A DNA stretch of 63,540 nucleotides, filler included, from Octopus bimaculoides (GCF_001194135.2; 5 parts of 4 records of this genome joined end to end with filler, not necessarily neighbours in it), one strand, 5' to 3'; shown: positions 23,292 through 37,385, numbered from the whole stretch's first letter. Made by a program: numbers and translations. Notes: generated from the sequence alone by a model not told the origin.

Positions 23292-24160
23292 NNNNNNNNN
23301 NNNNNNNNNNNNNNNNNNNNNNNNNNNNNNNNNNNNNNNNNNNNNNNNNNNNNNNNNNNNNNNNNNNNNNNNNNNNNNNNNNNNNNNNNNNNNNNNNNNN
23401 NNNNNNNNNNNNNNNNNNNNNNNNNNNNNNNNNNNNNNNNNNNNNNNNNNNNNNNNNNNNNNNNNNNNNNNNNNNNNNNNNNNNNNNNNNNNNNNNNNNN
23501 NNNNNNNNNNNNNNNNNNNNNNNNNNNNNNNNNNNNNNNNNNNNNNNNNNNNNNNNNNNNNNNNNNNNNNNNNNNNNNNNNNNNNNNNNNNNNNNNNNNN
23601 NNNNNNNNNNNNNNNNNNNNNNNNNNNNNNNNNNNNNNNNNNNNNNNNNNNNNNNNNNNNNNNNNNNNNNNNNNNNNNNNNNNNNNNNNNNNNNNNNNNN
23701 NNNNNNNNNNNNNNNNNNNNNNNNNNNNNNNNNNNNNNNNNNNNNNNNNNNNNNNNNNNNNNNNNNNNNNNNNNNNNNNNNNNNNNNNNNNNNNNNNNNN
23801 NNNNNNNNNNNNNNNNNNNNNNNNNNNNNNNNNNNNNNNNNNNNNNNNNNNNNNNNNNNNNNNNNNNNNNNNNNNNNNNNNNNNNNNNNNNNNNNNNNNN
23901 NNNNNNNNNNNNNNNNNNNNNNNNNNNNNNNNNNNNNNNNNNNNNNNNNNNNNNNNNNNNNNNNNNNNNNNNNNNNNNNNNNNNNNNNNNNNNNNNNNNN
24001 NNNNNNNNNNNNNNNNNNNNNNNNNNNNNNNNNNNNNNNNNNNNNNNNNNNNNNNNNNNNNNNNNNNNNNNNNNNNNNNNNNNNNNNNNNNNNNNNNNNN
24101 NNTATATATATATATAATGATATATATGTGTGTGTGCGTATATGCATTTATATATATATG

Positions 24161-24247
<87 letters not shown>

Positions 24248-24376
24248 GTGTGTATCCTGATATATGCACTCTGACACATACACACTCATACACACACTCA
24301 CCATTATGCAGTGTTTATTTAAATTCTTATCTCTTCAGGACATTTTTTTATTTTTAGAAATCTTTTCACACAATAG

Positions 24377-24408
<32 letters not shown>

Positions 24409-24769
24409 AGTGTACTGTTGTTGTTGTTGTTGTTTTGCTGCTGCTGCTGCTGCTATTGCTGTTTGTTGATCTGGTTGATGTTGTTGCATACACTCTGAGC
24501 AAACAGTCCCTTTCTCCGTTGGCATTCTCGAGCGAACGTAATGTTGAGGCTCGACCCAGTTATATCTGGTTTCCTTAGCTACTCGGTTGCACCTTATCCT
24601 TTAATTGACAGCAAACTCTTCTTCAAATAACAATATCCAACCGGATCTGTTCTTGCTATCTTTTCCCTCCATACTTGTTTTAGTTATTGAATTGCAGCCA
24701 CGCTGGGAAGTCACCTTAAAGGGGAAACTCTGACAAATCGGCCACAGTATTTACTTTTTTAACCACTCG

Positions 24770-25300
24770 TACTTATTTTAGTCGTTTCTTTTGCCGAAAA
24801 GCTAAGTCACAGGGGTGTAAACAAACCAAGTAGCGGATGTGGACAAACGCAAGGCAAACACATACTCGTACACACACACACAAACATATGTGCATGCACA
24901 CACGTCCATATGACGGGCTTCTCTACAGTTTCTTATTTCTTTATTGCCCACAAGGGGCTAAACATAGAGGGGACAAAAAAAGGACAGACAAAGGAGACTA
25001 AGTCGATTACATCGACCCCAGTGCGTAACTGGTACTTAATTTATCGACCCCGAAAGGATGAAAGGCAAAGTCGACCTCGGCGGAATTTGAACTCAGAACG
25101 TAGCGGCAGACGAATTACTGCTAAGCATTTCGCCCGGCGGGGTAACGTTTCTGCCAGCTCGCCTGTGGCTTCCCCACAGTTTCTGTCTACCAAATTCACT
25201 CACAAGGCCTTGATTCGCTCGGAGCTATAGCAGAAGGCACTTTTCTAAGGTCCCGTGCCGTGGAACTGAATCCAAAATCACATTCTGGCAAAGCCAGCTT
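24770..25300 (-). mobile_element. SINE family A interrupted by a family B insertion
   Basis: The 3' part (TCTTTTGCCGAA, GGACAAAC, TATGACGGGCTTC) lies left of the insertion. The 5' part (GTCTACCAAATTCACTCACAAGGCCTTG) lies to its right. Confidence 0.8.
24933..25164 (-). mobile_element. SINE family B, full length, nested, with ~17-bp TSD
   Basis: It is flanked by GGCTTCTCTACAGTTTC (24916-24932) and GGCTTCCCCACAGTTTC (25167-25183). Confidence 0.92.
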
Positions 25301-25609
25301 CTAAATTCTGAGCAAACAGTCGTTTTCGCCTCAGGGAGTCTCAACCAAATGTCGAAGGCACGACCTAGTTACAGCTTGTTTTCGGGCATCTGATAACCAC
25401 GTTGTTCAGCTATTCGGCTCCTTCTTCCGCAACTAACAATTTAATCTTCAAATAATTGCTGCGGATTTTTGAGACAGGGCCAACAATTTTAAAAAGGTGT
25501 CTAGTCAAGTACACCGATACCAGTGCTTAACTGGGATTTTTATTTTATCGACTGCAAAGCGATGAAAAGCTGTGCTGTTGCTGAAGTGCCGTTGATGGAA
25601 ATGCTGTTG

Positions 25610-25720
25610 ACGATAGTAGTAGTAGTGATAGTAGTAGTGTTGGTGGTGGTTGTGGTGGTGGTACTGGTTGTAGTAGTGGTGGTGTTATTGGTCGTGATAG
25701 TGGTGGTAGCAGTGCTGGTA
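25610..25720. repeat. Compound (GTA)/(GTG)/(GTT) trinucleotide low complexity
   Basis: Direct reading. Confidence 0.85.
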
Positions 25721-25789
25721 TTGGTTCTTGAGGTATTAACGCCCAGATGTCACATCTATGATACAAAATAGATGTCTTGTTAAATTTAT

Positions 25790-25915
25790 GAAAGGCCATG
25801 GAAGACTTCGACGGTATTTGAACTCACAACATATAGACGCAAGAAATGCCGTTGAGCATTCTGTCTGGCGCGCTGACGATTCAACCAGCTTTCCGCCGCC
25901 TTCGAATCTTCTTCA
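25790..25915 (-). mobile_element. SINE family B, degenerate 5' part
   Basis: GGTATTTGAACTCACAAC...GAGCATTCTGTCTGGCGCGCTGACG...CAGCTTTCCGCCGCC. Confidence 0.6.
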
Positions 25916-25944
25916 AACAACACCCTACAGTCATTGTAGGGTGT

Positions 25945-25945
25945 T

Positions 25946-26038
<93 letters not shown>

Positions 26039-26060
26039 ACTGATGTTGACGATAATGATG
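25945..26060. repeat. (TAG)n then (TGT/TGC)n microsatellite
   Basis: Direct reading. Confidence 0.95.
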
Positions 26061-26649
26061 ATAAAATCTTTTGTAAACTGCGCGTCTTACGCTAGGTTAG
26101 TGTGACATGTTCAACTCGCACTTGCTGTACAGTGGAACATATTTACAATTCGGATGATGACGCCGACGCCGACGACGATGATGATGATGATATTAATGGC
26201 GATACGCATGCGCAAGCATGTTTGCGAGAGTGCGATATTTTTCAGAGACTCTAAGCAGATGGGCGAGGGCGGGTCGTCATAACACAACGACGGAATCTCT
26301 ACTTTCTCGGTGGACATGTCAGAAATAGCAACCAAATCTTCCTCATATCAATCACACAGTACTTGTTCGAAACCACGCACATTGAATAATGCTGTCTGAA
26401 CGAAAAACAACAACAACGAAACAAAACAAAAGAACACCCCCACCAATAGTAATATGGGATGCTTGAGGGTGAAACGCTGGATCAAGGTTGACCTGTGGCT
26501 AAACACAACTACAAACATCAGCACCACCAAAACCAACACCAACAACAACACTAAAAACAACAGCCACAAGAAACAGCTGTTACATCTTTGATCTGTAGAT
26601 CAGGCAGGAATCGAGCGCTGACCGAAGACAAGAACTTAGCACTTAAAAT

Positions 26650-26829
26650 ATTAGTTTCAAATTTTGGCACGAGGACAGCAATTTGGAGAGAGGGGATAAG
26701 TCGATTACATCGACCCCAATACGCAACTGGTACTTGTGTTATCGACTCCGAAAGGATGAAAGGCAAAGTCAACCTCGGCGGAATTTGAACTCAGAACGTA
26801 ACGGCAGACGAAATACCGCTAAGCATTTG
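26650..26829 (-). mobile_element. SINE family B
   Basis: AAATTTTGGCACGAGG...GTCGATTACATCGACCCC...GAAAGGATGAAAGGCAAAGTCAACCTCGGCGGAATTTGAACTCAGAACG. Confidence 0.9.
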
Positions 26830-26998
26830 ATATAGATGTACACGCATATACATAAATACATACATACATACATGGATATATACATACATATATTTGTGTT
26901 TTTGTGTTTGTGTCTGGCATACATCCATACATACATATACATGTATATGCATGTGTATATATTCACATATTTGTATATTTCAATCTCTCTCCTTGTGT

Positions 26999-27058
<60 letters not shown>

Positions 27059-27785
27059 NNNNNNNNNNNNNNNNNNNNNNNNNNNNNNNNNNNNNNNNNN
27101 NNNNNNNNNNNNNNNNNNNNNNNNNNNNNNNNNNNNNNNNNNNNNNNNNNNNNNNNNNNNNNNNNNNNNNNNNNNNNNNNNNNNNNNNNNNNNNNNNNNN
27201 NNNNNNNNNNNNNNNNNNNNNNNNNNNNNNNNNNNNNNNNNNNNNNNNNNNNNNNNNNNNNNNNNNNNNNNNNNNNNNNNNNNNNNNNNNNNNNNNNNNN
27301 NNNNNNNNNNNNNNNNNNNNNNNNNNNNNNNNNNNNNNNNNNNNNNNNNNNNNNNNNNNNNNNNNNNNNNNNNNNNNNNNNNNNNNNNNNNNNNNNNNNN
27401 NNNNNNNNNNNNNNNNNNNNNNNNNNNNNNNNNNNNNNNNNNNNNNNNNNNNNNNNNNNNNNNNNNNNNNNNNNNNNNNNNNNNNNNNNNNNNNNNNNNN
27501 NNNNNNNNNNNNNNNNNNNNNNNNNNNNNNNNNNNNNNNNNNNNNNNNNNNNNNNNNNNNNNNNNNNNNNNNNNNNNNNNNNNNNNNNNNNNNNNNNNNN
27601 NNNNNNNNNNNNNNNNNNNNNNNNNNNNNNNNNNNNNNNNNNNNNNNNNNNNNNNNNNNNNNNNNNNNNNNNNNNNNNNNNNNNNNNNNNNNNNNNNNNN
27701 NNNNNNNNNNNNNNNNNNNNNNNNNNNNNNNNNNNNNNNNNNNNNNNNNNNNNNNNNNNNNNNNNNNNNNNNNNNNNNNNNNNNN

Positions 27786-27843
<58 letters not shown>

Positions 27844-28770
27844 GACGGACTTCTTTCAGTTTCCGTATACCAAATCCACTCAACTTACTAAGTTCAAATT
27901 CTGCCGAGGTTGACTGTACCTTTAATCCTTTCGGGGTCGATAGAAAAGGCTGAGCTCTGGAATCGATATAATCGACTTAACGTCGGGTCAAAATTCGAAA
28001 CCAATATTAAGATCCACGGCGAACTTCACAAGATGTTCGAAGATAGAATCATATTGATGAGGTTCAAGAGGACCTCACCTCCTTCCCAAAGTAATTCACT
28101 GCTGACATCTTTAGAACTGGCAAACATACATGTTTTACAGTCAGCTACTAAGAAATTTTATTCTCATCATCGTTCTAATTAATTAGCTTTTAATTACTTT
28201 TTGAAAGCATTCAGTGGGGGTGGGGGGCATAACATTTTAGAATAATTGAAGTGAACATTGTTGAGCGAAGACGAGTATGTTCTGTAATTATACGTGTTAA
28301 GACTCTCTTCGTTTTTTTTTTTCAATTTTTACTTTGTTGCTATATATATATATATATATATTTTTATATCCAATTGAGGATTGTAGAGGTTTTCAACAAC
28401 GATAATATAACGGAATTATATCACAAACTTGTTCCCAGTTGAAATGTGCTTGGGTGTATGCAAATCCGTAAGAAAGTCATTCGCCGTATTTTGTCACGTA
28501 GAAAATATCTCATTGAGGCACAAATAGGTGTAAACATACTAAGTCAGTTCGAAGCACTCTCTGACCAAACTGATGCATGCATGCATTTCGGAGTGGTTAT
28601 TCCGTCTTCAGCATTAGACACCCGAAAGGGGAACGCTACGAAATGACAAGAATACATCTTATATTCAATTTTTCTGTCATCAACTAACCAGTGTTTATAT
28701 CCCCGTAACGTAGCGGTTCAGCAGAAGAGAGACTCCTAGAATATCTACCGGACTTAAATAGAGGAAGAAG

Positions 28771-29024
28771 TCTTTTGCCGAACCGCTAAGTTACGGCGAC
28801 GCAAACACAGACACACAAACATATACACACACATGCATATACATATGTATATATACATGTATACGACGGGCTCGTTTCAGTTTTCGTCTACCAAATCCAC
28901 TCAAGACTTTGGTCGGCCCGAGGCTATAGTAGAAGACACTTGCTCACGGTGCCACGCAGTGGGAATGAACCCGGAACCATGTGGTTGGTAGGCAAGCTAC
29001 TTACCACACACCCACTCCTGCGCC
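28771..29024 (-). mobile_element. SINE family A (5' two-thirds)
   Basis: The plus strand ends GCTACTTACCACACACCCACTCCTGCGCC, the reverse complement of the family A head. Confidence 0.9.
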
Positions 29025-30406
29025 TATCTATATATTGTATATTTGAATTATGTGTATATATATATATATATNNNNNNNNNNNNNNNNNNNNNNNNNNNNN
29101 NNNNNNNNNNNNNNNTTAATTAATTAANNNNNNNNNNNNNNNNNNNNNNNNNNNNNNNNNNNNNNNNNNNNATATATATATATATATATATATATATACT
29201 GTCAATTTATCCATCTCATACTGTATATAGATCTCTGAGCATGTCGATAAGGATATCTTTTTTGCTCCGCTCTCTTTCTCTGTATATATATATATGATGT
29301 GTGTACTTGACGATACACTTATCTGTGAGCGTGTATTTGCGTAGTTACATCTGTACTGTTTTTCTCATTTTTATCTCTCCATTCTTTTGCATAGCAATGT
29401 CACATTTTTTAGTCGTTTCTAGCTGAGATAAACGTCACATCCACATAAATTATTAAAGTATATTTTGTTGCTGTTTATACATTGCGCTATATTTTTTTTA
29501 ACTTTTTGTATATTTAAAAAATTCTCTGATGCTGCCATTATATAAAACCTAAAGGGATATTAATGTAGAGGGGAAACACACACATACACACACACGCACA
29601 CACACACACACACAACCACAAACTCACAAACACACACACACACGCATAAGATAAAAGAAATATAATGATTTTCTTTTATGTGGGGTGTTGAAAACTGAAG
29701 TTAATATCAAAGTGATAAACGTGTATAAACGTTAAAAATGTTGTATGATCGATATATTCGTTATGTAGATAGCCTCATCATGTAGATATCAGCTCTTTTC
29801 ATGAATATTAAACTTTGATTTAAAAACTAAATTATAGGAAAAATAAATGTATCATCAACAATGCAAAAAAGAAATAACTTCATTGTAATAGATTCTTATT
29901 TCTTGGGTAAAATGTTTGTGAAAGTATATTGGCTAAACAATTTTATTTTGAGGTGAGAGTTTCTTGTTCCTGGCATAAAGGCTGTGTCAGAATACCTTAA
30001 CTGTTCTACGTCACCAGTGGAATCGTTGCTGTTCATGTTCACTTTCCTCAACTAGACTAGCTGACAAATGCAATGGAAACATTGAGATGGACAGAAATCC
30101 TCACGGTACTGGTAAAAATAACGTGTGAAGCAGCTTGTGTGGAGTGTCGCGGATGGTCAGTATGAATGACCAGAGGTGAGCGTATGTGAAGATGACACAT
30201 GACCGGCAACGTCGGAGAAACAGAGATAATATCGGGAGAAAAAGCAGCAATGAAGCAACTCATGTGTTACTAGAATTTTGAGAATGTTAACGGTGTTATG
30301 ACAGTTTTTGTGACAATTAGTCGTGTGAATTAATTGTTTATATGTGATAATACCATCGTCCTAGATGAGGGAGCATTATTCTGTTTTAAATATCTGTGGA
30401 GCTTTG

Positions 30407-31115
30407 TGTTGGGTCATCCTATAAATAATTCGGCTTTTTCAATTGTATGAACTAAACGTTGGAGTGGGACGGAATAAACAATCTGCATCAACTTGCTATA
30501 AAGCAGGTAGTAATTTTACCTTTACTTGTTCTTAGTGCAAGTTTTGAAGAATGAAGTTCGGTTTTAATAGACATGATTTCAAAGCTATAATGAAAGTGAC
30601 AAAGGAGCATATTCGGCATATTTTGTGCGAGGAATATTAATGCAGTATATGGGGATTGGAAAGTCTGTAGAGCTCGACAAAGCCTCCTGCAAACCCTGGT
30701 GTAACAACTCTCATCGTAACTGTTGAGAAACTAGTAGAGAAGCTTGAACCTGGTCATTCAACCATTCATAGACATGTACTTCCATCAGGATAATGCTCGG
30801 TTTCATACAGTGAGGATGACATTCACAAAGGCTGGGGCGGTTTCAACTGGAAACAATGCCCCACCCACTATATTTGCCGGACATTGCCCCATCTGATTAT
30901 CATTTATTCCGCAGTCTTCAAAATCATTTGGATGAAAAAATATGAATTCTGTAGACGAGGTCAGAACAGTACTGGAGGAGCATGTCTACCAGATAGATGG
31001 AAGGGCATTGTTAAATAGGAGAATATATTTTAGATTAAAAAAGAACTTTGGTTATCTTAATTTTGAAAAATAAAAGATGTGTAAAACAACCGCATTATTT
31101 ATGGGATGATACAAT
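30407..31115 (+). mobile_element. Internally deleted mariner element with both TIRs
   Basis: The 5' TIR TGTTGGGTCATCCTATAAATAATTCGG pairs with the 3' CCGCATTATTTATGGGATGATACAATA. Internal motifs are HQDNARFHT and MPHPLYLPDIAPSDYHLFRSLQNHL (mariner YSPDLAPSD). Confidence 0.92.
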
Positions 31116-31356
31116 AATGTTTGAATCTATAACTTTTTGTTTGAATAAACACAAATAGAATTTTTTTTTAAGAAGATATCATGTGTGTGTAGAGATTCCA
31201 GTTTCTGGATACTTCTAGACATATAACACTATGCAGGATCTAGATTTTAGAGCATTCTCAATATCAAATCTTAACACTATCCTCTATAAGAGATGAATAC
31301 TGCGCGGTTTATCAGGCATTCAGTGATGTATATATACTTTAATTATGATATACAAA

Positions 31357-31411
<55 letters not shown>

Positions 31412-31541
31412 NNNNNNNNNNNNNNNNNNNNNNNNNNNNNNNNNNNNNNNNNNNNNNNNNNNNNNNNNNNNNNNNNNNNNNNNNNNNNNNNNNNNNNNNN
31501 NNNNNNNNNNNNNNNNNNNNNNNNNNNNNNNNNNNNNNNNN

Positions 31542-31581
<40 letters not shown>

Positions 31582-32134
31582 ATATATGTATGTATATACA
31601 GTTGTTCGGGCTAAATTTCACGATTTTTCAATCTGGTTTTTTAAGGAACAGTTTGAAATATTGGTGAACTGATGAACATTCAACGGCTTTGGAGAGCACA
31701 CAGTCTAGCTGACATGGAGGATCGGAAGCCAAATGTTACCGGTATCATGATGATCCTATATACAAGGAGACAGAGAAATAGAAACTTTTAATAATTTATG
31801 ACTTAACATGTTAGTTATGTAAACGGCTTCTTAGAGGTCTGACTTCATTATGATCGGTTCTATTATAGAAATGCAAACATTGACCCTAAACTTAACTAAA
31901 ATTGTAATATACGTCCTTTATAGAACATAAAATTCTGCAAGCAATTTAAATATACTAAAATGAATTCCAGAATAGAACTTTTCAGGAACAAAAAAGAATG
32001 TTTAGCCTACGTGTAGACTGGAAAATTAAAAATTAAATATGTGCACCCTGTTTTTCTAAAATAGGAACATATTAACGGAAAATATGTAATCAGAATTTTA
32101 ATTCATTTTCAGGATTCACGCAAAATAAGATACC

Positions 32135-32335
32135 AATTTCAAATTTTGGCACAAGGCCAACATGTTCGGAGAAGCGGGCAAGTCGATTACATCGACTCCA
32201 GTGCAAATCTTATCGAGTCGGAAATGATGAAAGGTAAAATTCATCTTGGTGGAATTTAAACTCAAGATGTAAAGAGGACAAAATGCTGCGAGGCATTTTA
32301 CCCGCTGTGCTAACGTTTCTGTGAGCTCACCACCT
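32135..32335 (-). mobile_element. SINE family B
   Basis: CAAATTTTGGCACAAGGCC...AAGTCGATTACATCGACTCCAGTGC...GGAATTTAAACTC...GCTAACGTTTCTG. Confidence 0.8.
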
Positions 32336-33070
32336 TTGCAAAGTGGAATAGAGGAGTGTGTCGTCCCACCAAGTGGAAAGTCATCAACCGTTAAAAAGCT
32401 CTACACTGAAATGTCATTATAACAAAATAAAATACTAATAGCTACAAATTGCATTTTGAATCTAGAACAATAGTAAGAAGAACACTTAAACCGTTTTATA
32501 CGGGTCAAATATTCGAGGACTGGAATTACCTCGTCTGTTATTCTGATTAACTCATGACAATTTCCATTAGAAATGAAGAGAAGGTAATGTTAAGGAACAC
32601 TATTGTTTTTTTTAGTTCATATTAATAGATTTCTTGGATATAAATCGGTTGCCGTGGTAATCATTTCTGGAATAAATATCGAAAATGTCAGCGACTTGTT
32701 AATGTTCTATTTGATTTAATAGCAATACAGATTAAGTTTGAGATTGATGTCCTAATGTGGGTGGATGTGTGCATGTTTCACCGACAAGGAGTCGAGCGTT
32801 ATCGACACAACTCTGGTTTGTTAATTAAAATATCCCAATATTTATAGACTTAAAATGACTCTATAGGTATATATACAATTTTAGGCTGTAAATAAGAATG
32901 TAAATAAAAACTGCCACTTTATTACCAAACCTAGTTTACCAGGCATGAATTTTCTATAAATACAATTTTCATCAACATTACTGCTTCTGACTGGCAAAAA
33001 TAGCTGCAAAAAGGAATAAATCATGTAACGTTACTTAGAATTCGCTACTATGTCCCGTGTNNNNNNNNNN

Positions 33071-33127
<57 letters not shown>

Positions 33128-35288
33128 CGCGTGCGAATGTATGTGTATGTGTGTGTGTGTGTGTGCGAGTGTGTGTATGTGAAGAGCTGTTTCTTAACAA
33201 AATTAAAAACCATCATGACCATGGCATGCTCTGTCTTTTTCTTTGGTGACTGGAGTAATGTAATCTGGGATAGTTGCCCAATAGAAAACGATTATTGACA
33301 AAGGGCGCTGTTGAAATTGAAGAGTTGAATTCTTTTTTTAATTTTATAATTACTGAAACATCTAGAATTCCCCTTCGATAGTAGATTGAACATTCTTAAT
33401 TAGTGTTGTTATTGGTTGATCGCATGGTATTCATGACCGAGCGAATATAACCAATGGCAAATGGTTATTGCATGCTTTCGCACTTCTGCGTCTAAAGTGT
33501 CAATAGAATAATTATCATTGGCGAATGGTAGTTAAAATAAATAATTTTATACATTTAGTGGCATTATACCATTAATACAACTGAATATTGTAGCAGTTAT
33601 AAACGATGCGGTGGAATCAGTGAGTGGCAAAACCCTTACGAATAGCTGTAGTAAGTGCACTAATTTATGTTTTCCAATATTTAAATCTGTAATAAGTTGT
33701 GATACCATATCACACTGAGACGCAATTTTCTTTTCAATTCTTGTGGGTTGAGAAATACAATTTGTATAGAAAAATCGTTTTAATACGCTCTCGGCATTGT
33801 TTGATATAATGTGAGAAATTTATAAATGTATTTTGTAGGATAAAGGTTATGTAGAGTAAGTATAATGGAATGGTAATGGTAGTGGGGGGTATTTATCTCA
33901 TTACCTTTAAAGATGCACCACGAGCATTATCCATTTAATACATAAGCCATCCCTATTGCATTTATACTGAGAAAATTAAGGCAAAGATTGTAAATACTTT
34001 AAGACATTTAGCCTGAACCTTCGATGATTAAGTGTAATAAAGATAGATGTAATTGTCGTATATGGCTGAGCACATGTAAAGGAAGATAAGTATTCTCGAA
34101 TTAATCAGCTATCAACATTACGCAAGTGTTACTTAGTTTATTAATATACTAAATGTTGAAAGGTAACATCACTCATTGCATCTAAAATGTAAACGAAAAC
34201 TATTGATTTCCTTCATTCCAGCAGGCATTTAGCCAGACGCTTAAGAAGTTTACGTGGCAACTTGGCAGAGCCGTTTGTGTGTCAGATAGAATGATCGCGA
34301 TATGTGTTTCGATAGGTGTTCAAATCGCACAGATGTTAACTTTGCAGTTCATCTTTTCAGATGTGATTTAAAAAAACAAAACAGGCCGGGGAAATAGTTG
34401 CACTGGAAAAACGTTCTTCGGATGCTTTACAGTATTTGTTTCGGTTCATTGTTTTTTAAGTTCAAATCTCGTATGGCCTACTTGCATGGTCTACTTAACT
34501 TGACGCCTGGGCGAACACCACCACCTGACTTTGGGGAAACATTTGCGGATTCTCCTCTGCTGCAAGCATGCGCTCTAGCCTCTGGCTTCAAGATATTTTC
34601 TTCCCACCAGTATCAGATTAATACTACGTTCTCCCCCCGCCCTATAATAAAACAAATTGTAACTATTTCTCAAATGTGTCAGTCGATTAGAGACTACAAC
34701 AATATCGAATATTTTGCCAAACAATCAACACGTATCATCAAATCTATTCGTTTCTTATTTAATTCAACATTATTTTAAAATTTTCGCTTTATGCACTGTC
34801 AACATAAATACAATGTATTTGTGTTTGTGCCATAATTATTTCATTTAATTCATTTAATATATATGTTTGTTATAATGTTATAATGTTATATTTCATTTAA
34901 TACATTCAATGATATATTTATGGCAGGTTTGTATATCCCAATTTATTAGTTTCATTATAGTTTAATATAAACATGAATAGAAACATAATTAGATGAATTT
35001 TACAGAGTTCATTTTCATATTTTATTTGTAAAGCTATTTATTTTTAATTACTATAATACTATTGTAGTTCATTTATTGAATATATGTATGTGTGTATGTA
35101 TGTGTATATATATCTATACATTCATATGCAGACAGTGATACAAATAAACAAATAAAACTACTTAGGTTTGATATACAAAATATATATATATATATATGTA
35201 TACATGTAAATAGAAGGAAAGTAAAGACTGAAAATATTTAGACGATGAATATTCAAGTATAAATACGTATCGTCAGTACGTATTTATC

Positions 35289-35687
35289 CGTCGTCGACTT
35301 ACGACCGATCAACTTTACGACGATTGGCGTGCCATTTCCCTGCAGCAACAATAAATAGTCCAGTTGAAATCTAATTGGTTTAATTTCTGCGAATGATGTC
35401 GACTAACAAACACTTCCACTAGGTTTGGTTATCGATCGCCAATGTTTTGAATGACTATCCTGTCGCGGAGACATCGAGGCAACCTCATAAATATTTATAA
35501 GAAAACTACTTTAGACTCCGAAATTTTTTACTAACGCCAATATTATAGTATAATACACAATGCTGTGTGTGACTTTTACCTGAGAATGTACCATTAGAAT
35601 GTAAAAATATAAAACCAAGCTATGTAGGCCTATAGACCGACTTGCGACCAGTTAGTTGGAATCAATTGCGGTCCTTAGTCGACGACG
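35289..35687. mobile_element. Putative ~400-bp MITE
   Basis: The terminal inverted repeat CGTCGTCGACT (35289-35299) matches AGTCGACGACG (35677-35687), extending to 17/19. The interior is non-coding. No clear TSD. Confidence 0.5.
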
Positions 35688-35729
35688 ACTTGCATATATT
35701 TATGTATTAACAGAGCATTTATACATATT

Positions 35730-35774
<45 letters not shown>

Positions 35775-35777
<3 letters not shown>

Positions 35778-37385
35778 CGTCAAAAGTACGGAATTGCAAT
35801 GGGAACGAAAGTAGCCCCTGTTCTTGCGGAATTCACCTTATATGAAGTATCACTTCATAAATATGGTTACCCATTTTACCTCCACATAAGACAAAATTGG
35901 AAACGATATCTGGATGACTGTTTTATCATTTGGAAGGATAACATCAACAACCTTTTGGATTTAAAATCAACAGTAAATGATATAAATAGTAACATTCAAT
36001 TCACAATGGAATATAACAAAGAACAGCTCCCATTTTTAGACATCATGATAAAAAAAGTCAACAATCAAATCATAATTGACATCTATTATAAACCAACTGA
36101 TTCTAAACAATATCTCCTCTTTAGCTCATGCTACCCGAAACACGTCAAAATAAATATCCCTTTGAATTTGGTAAAAACAATTTGCATAATATTGTCTGAT
36201 AGAACAACTCGGGACCTTCGTCTTCAAGACCTCAAAACAACACTTACTGAAAGACAATATCCACCCTCACTTGTGTACGAGGGAATTAAACGTGCCAAAA
36301 AAATAGACATAAATCACTAAGAACAACAAAACATAACACCACAACTCATCTAGAAACACTACCATTTATATCAACATACAAACCTAGGACAGTGAGGCAT
36401 TCAACACTATTGTGCAAAATCTTCCTTTACTAACTAGAAATCCAAAAATGAACGACATCCTGAAAATGCACAAACTCATCAAATGCAAAAAGCAACACAA
36501 ATCGCTAAAAAGGCTACTAACAAATGCGAAGCTCTACAAAAAAACCACGAGACCAACAGTTAAAAAATGTAGACGCTTAAACTGTGGAACCTGCCCCAAC
36601 TTACTTGAAGGCTCGGATTTCCTTTTCAAACAAGGACAGAGGTTCACAATTAAAACTCGCTTCACTTGTGCTTATGCAATAACCTGCTCGGGTTGCGGAC
36701 ATAGCTATATTGGACAAACGAGTATGACCTCGAGAAGGAGAACCACACTACATAAAGAGCAAATCCGTTTCCCGCAGTACAGTCAAATTCCTCTCAGTGA
36801 ACATATAGAAAATGTGCAAATAACATCAAACCAAATTTCACAGTCTTCCCCATCTACCAGTGCAAAGACACAACCACTCTACAAGAACGTTTAAATAGAG
36901 AAACTTTTTTTCATTGAAAACTACAGAACACGTCCTAATATGCACGCATAAATACTTTTACATTTTTACATATTTCAATTCATGATTACATCACCTTTTT
37001 TTCCTTGTTTTGGATGTGTGTATGTGTGTACATATATATATAGATTCCCCGCCCCTTACCGAAAGCTGAACAGTTATCTCCCTTGCCCACAACAGCAACA
37101 ACAGTAATAACTATAACCAATTACCTCCCCGTATTCTTCTACATGTGAAGCCATTCACTCGTAAATATCATCACGCACAACATGGACAAAAATTTCTTCT
37201 TAAGAAAATACATATTCAAATAAGTAAACCATAATATCATGAATAGCGAAAGCGAAACCGGTCGATATATTAAAAATTATATTAAAACTATGTAAAGTGT
37301 GTGTACTTTCCTTTTTTCTTTTGTTTCATTTCTTATATATATTACAACTTACGACGTGGGGATAATCGAAATTTCTCTGTCTCTG
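35775..37385 (+). mobile_element. Penelope-like element, 5'-truncated: RT C-half, GIY-YIG endonuclease, and 3' region with HHR relic
   Basis: Translations give YRQKYGIAMGTKVAP...WKRYLDDCFIIW...LPFLDIMI...YYKPTDSKQYL (PLE RT) and C..CGTC...AITCSGCGHSYIGQT...HKEQIR (GIY-YIG). GAAACCGGTC is at 37253-37263. (TA)n lies on both sides. Confidence 0.93.

Noticed and set aside
23131-24304. Long ORFs of 160-370 aa (also around 3.9, 7.5, 15.8, 27, 49, 51.7 and 57.3 kb)
   Set aside because: They consist of N gaps read as X plus HT/YI/CV dinucleotide translations.
25523-25771. Poly-Val 'membrane protein' ORF
   Set aside because: It is a translation of GTA/GTG trinucleotide repeats.
30057-30263. GC-richer island with a 68-aa minus ORF
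   Set aside because: No recognisable protein. The plus-strand frames between plausible splice sites contain stops.
34398-34778. 126-aa ORF over a modest GC island
   Set aside because: No motif or convincing splice signals, and the 5' part overlaps a decayed SINE-like sequence.
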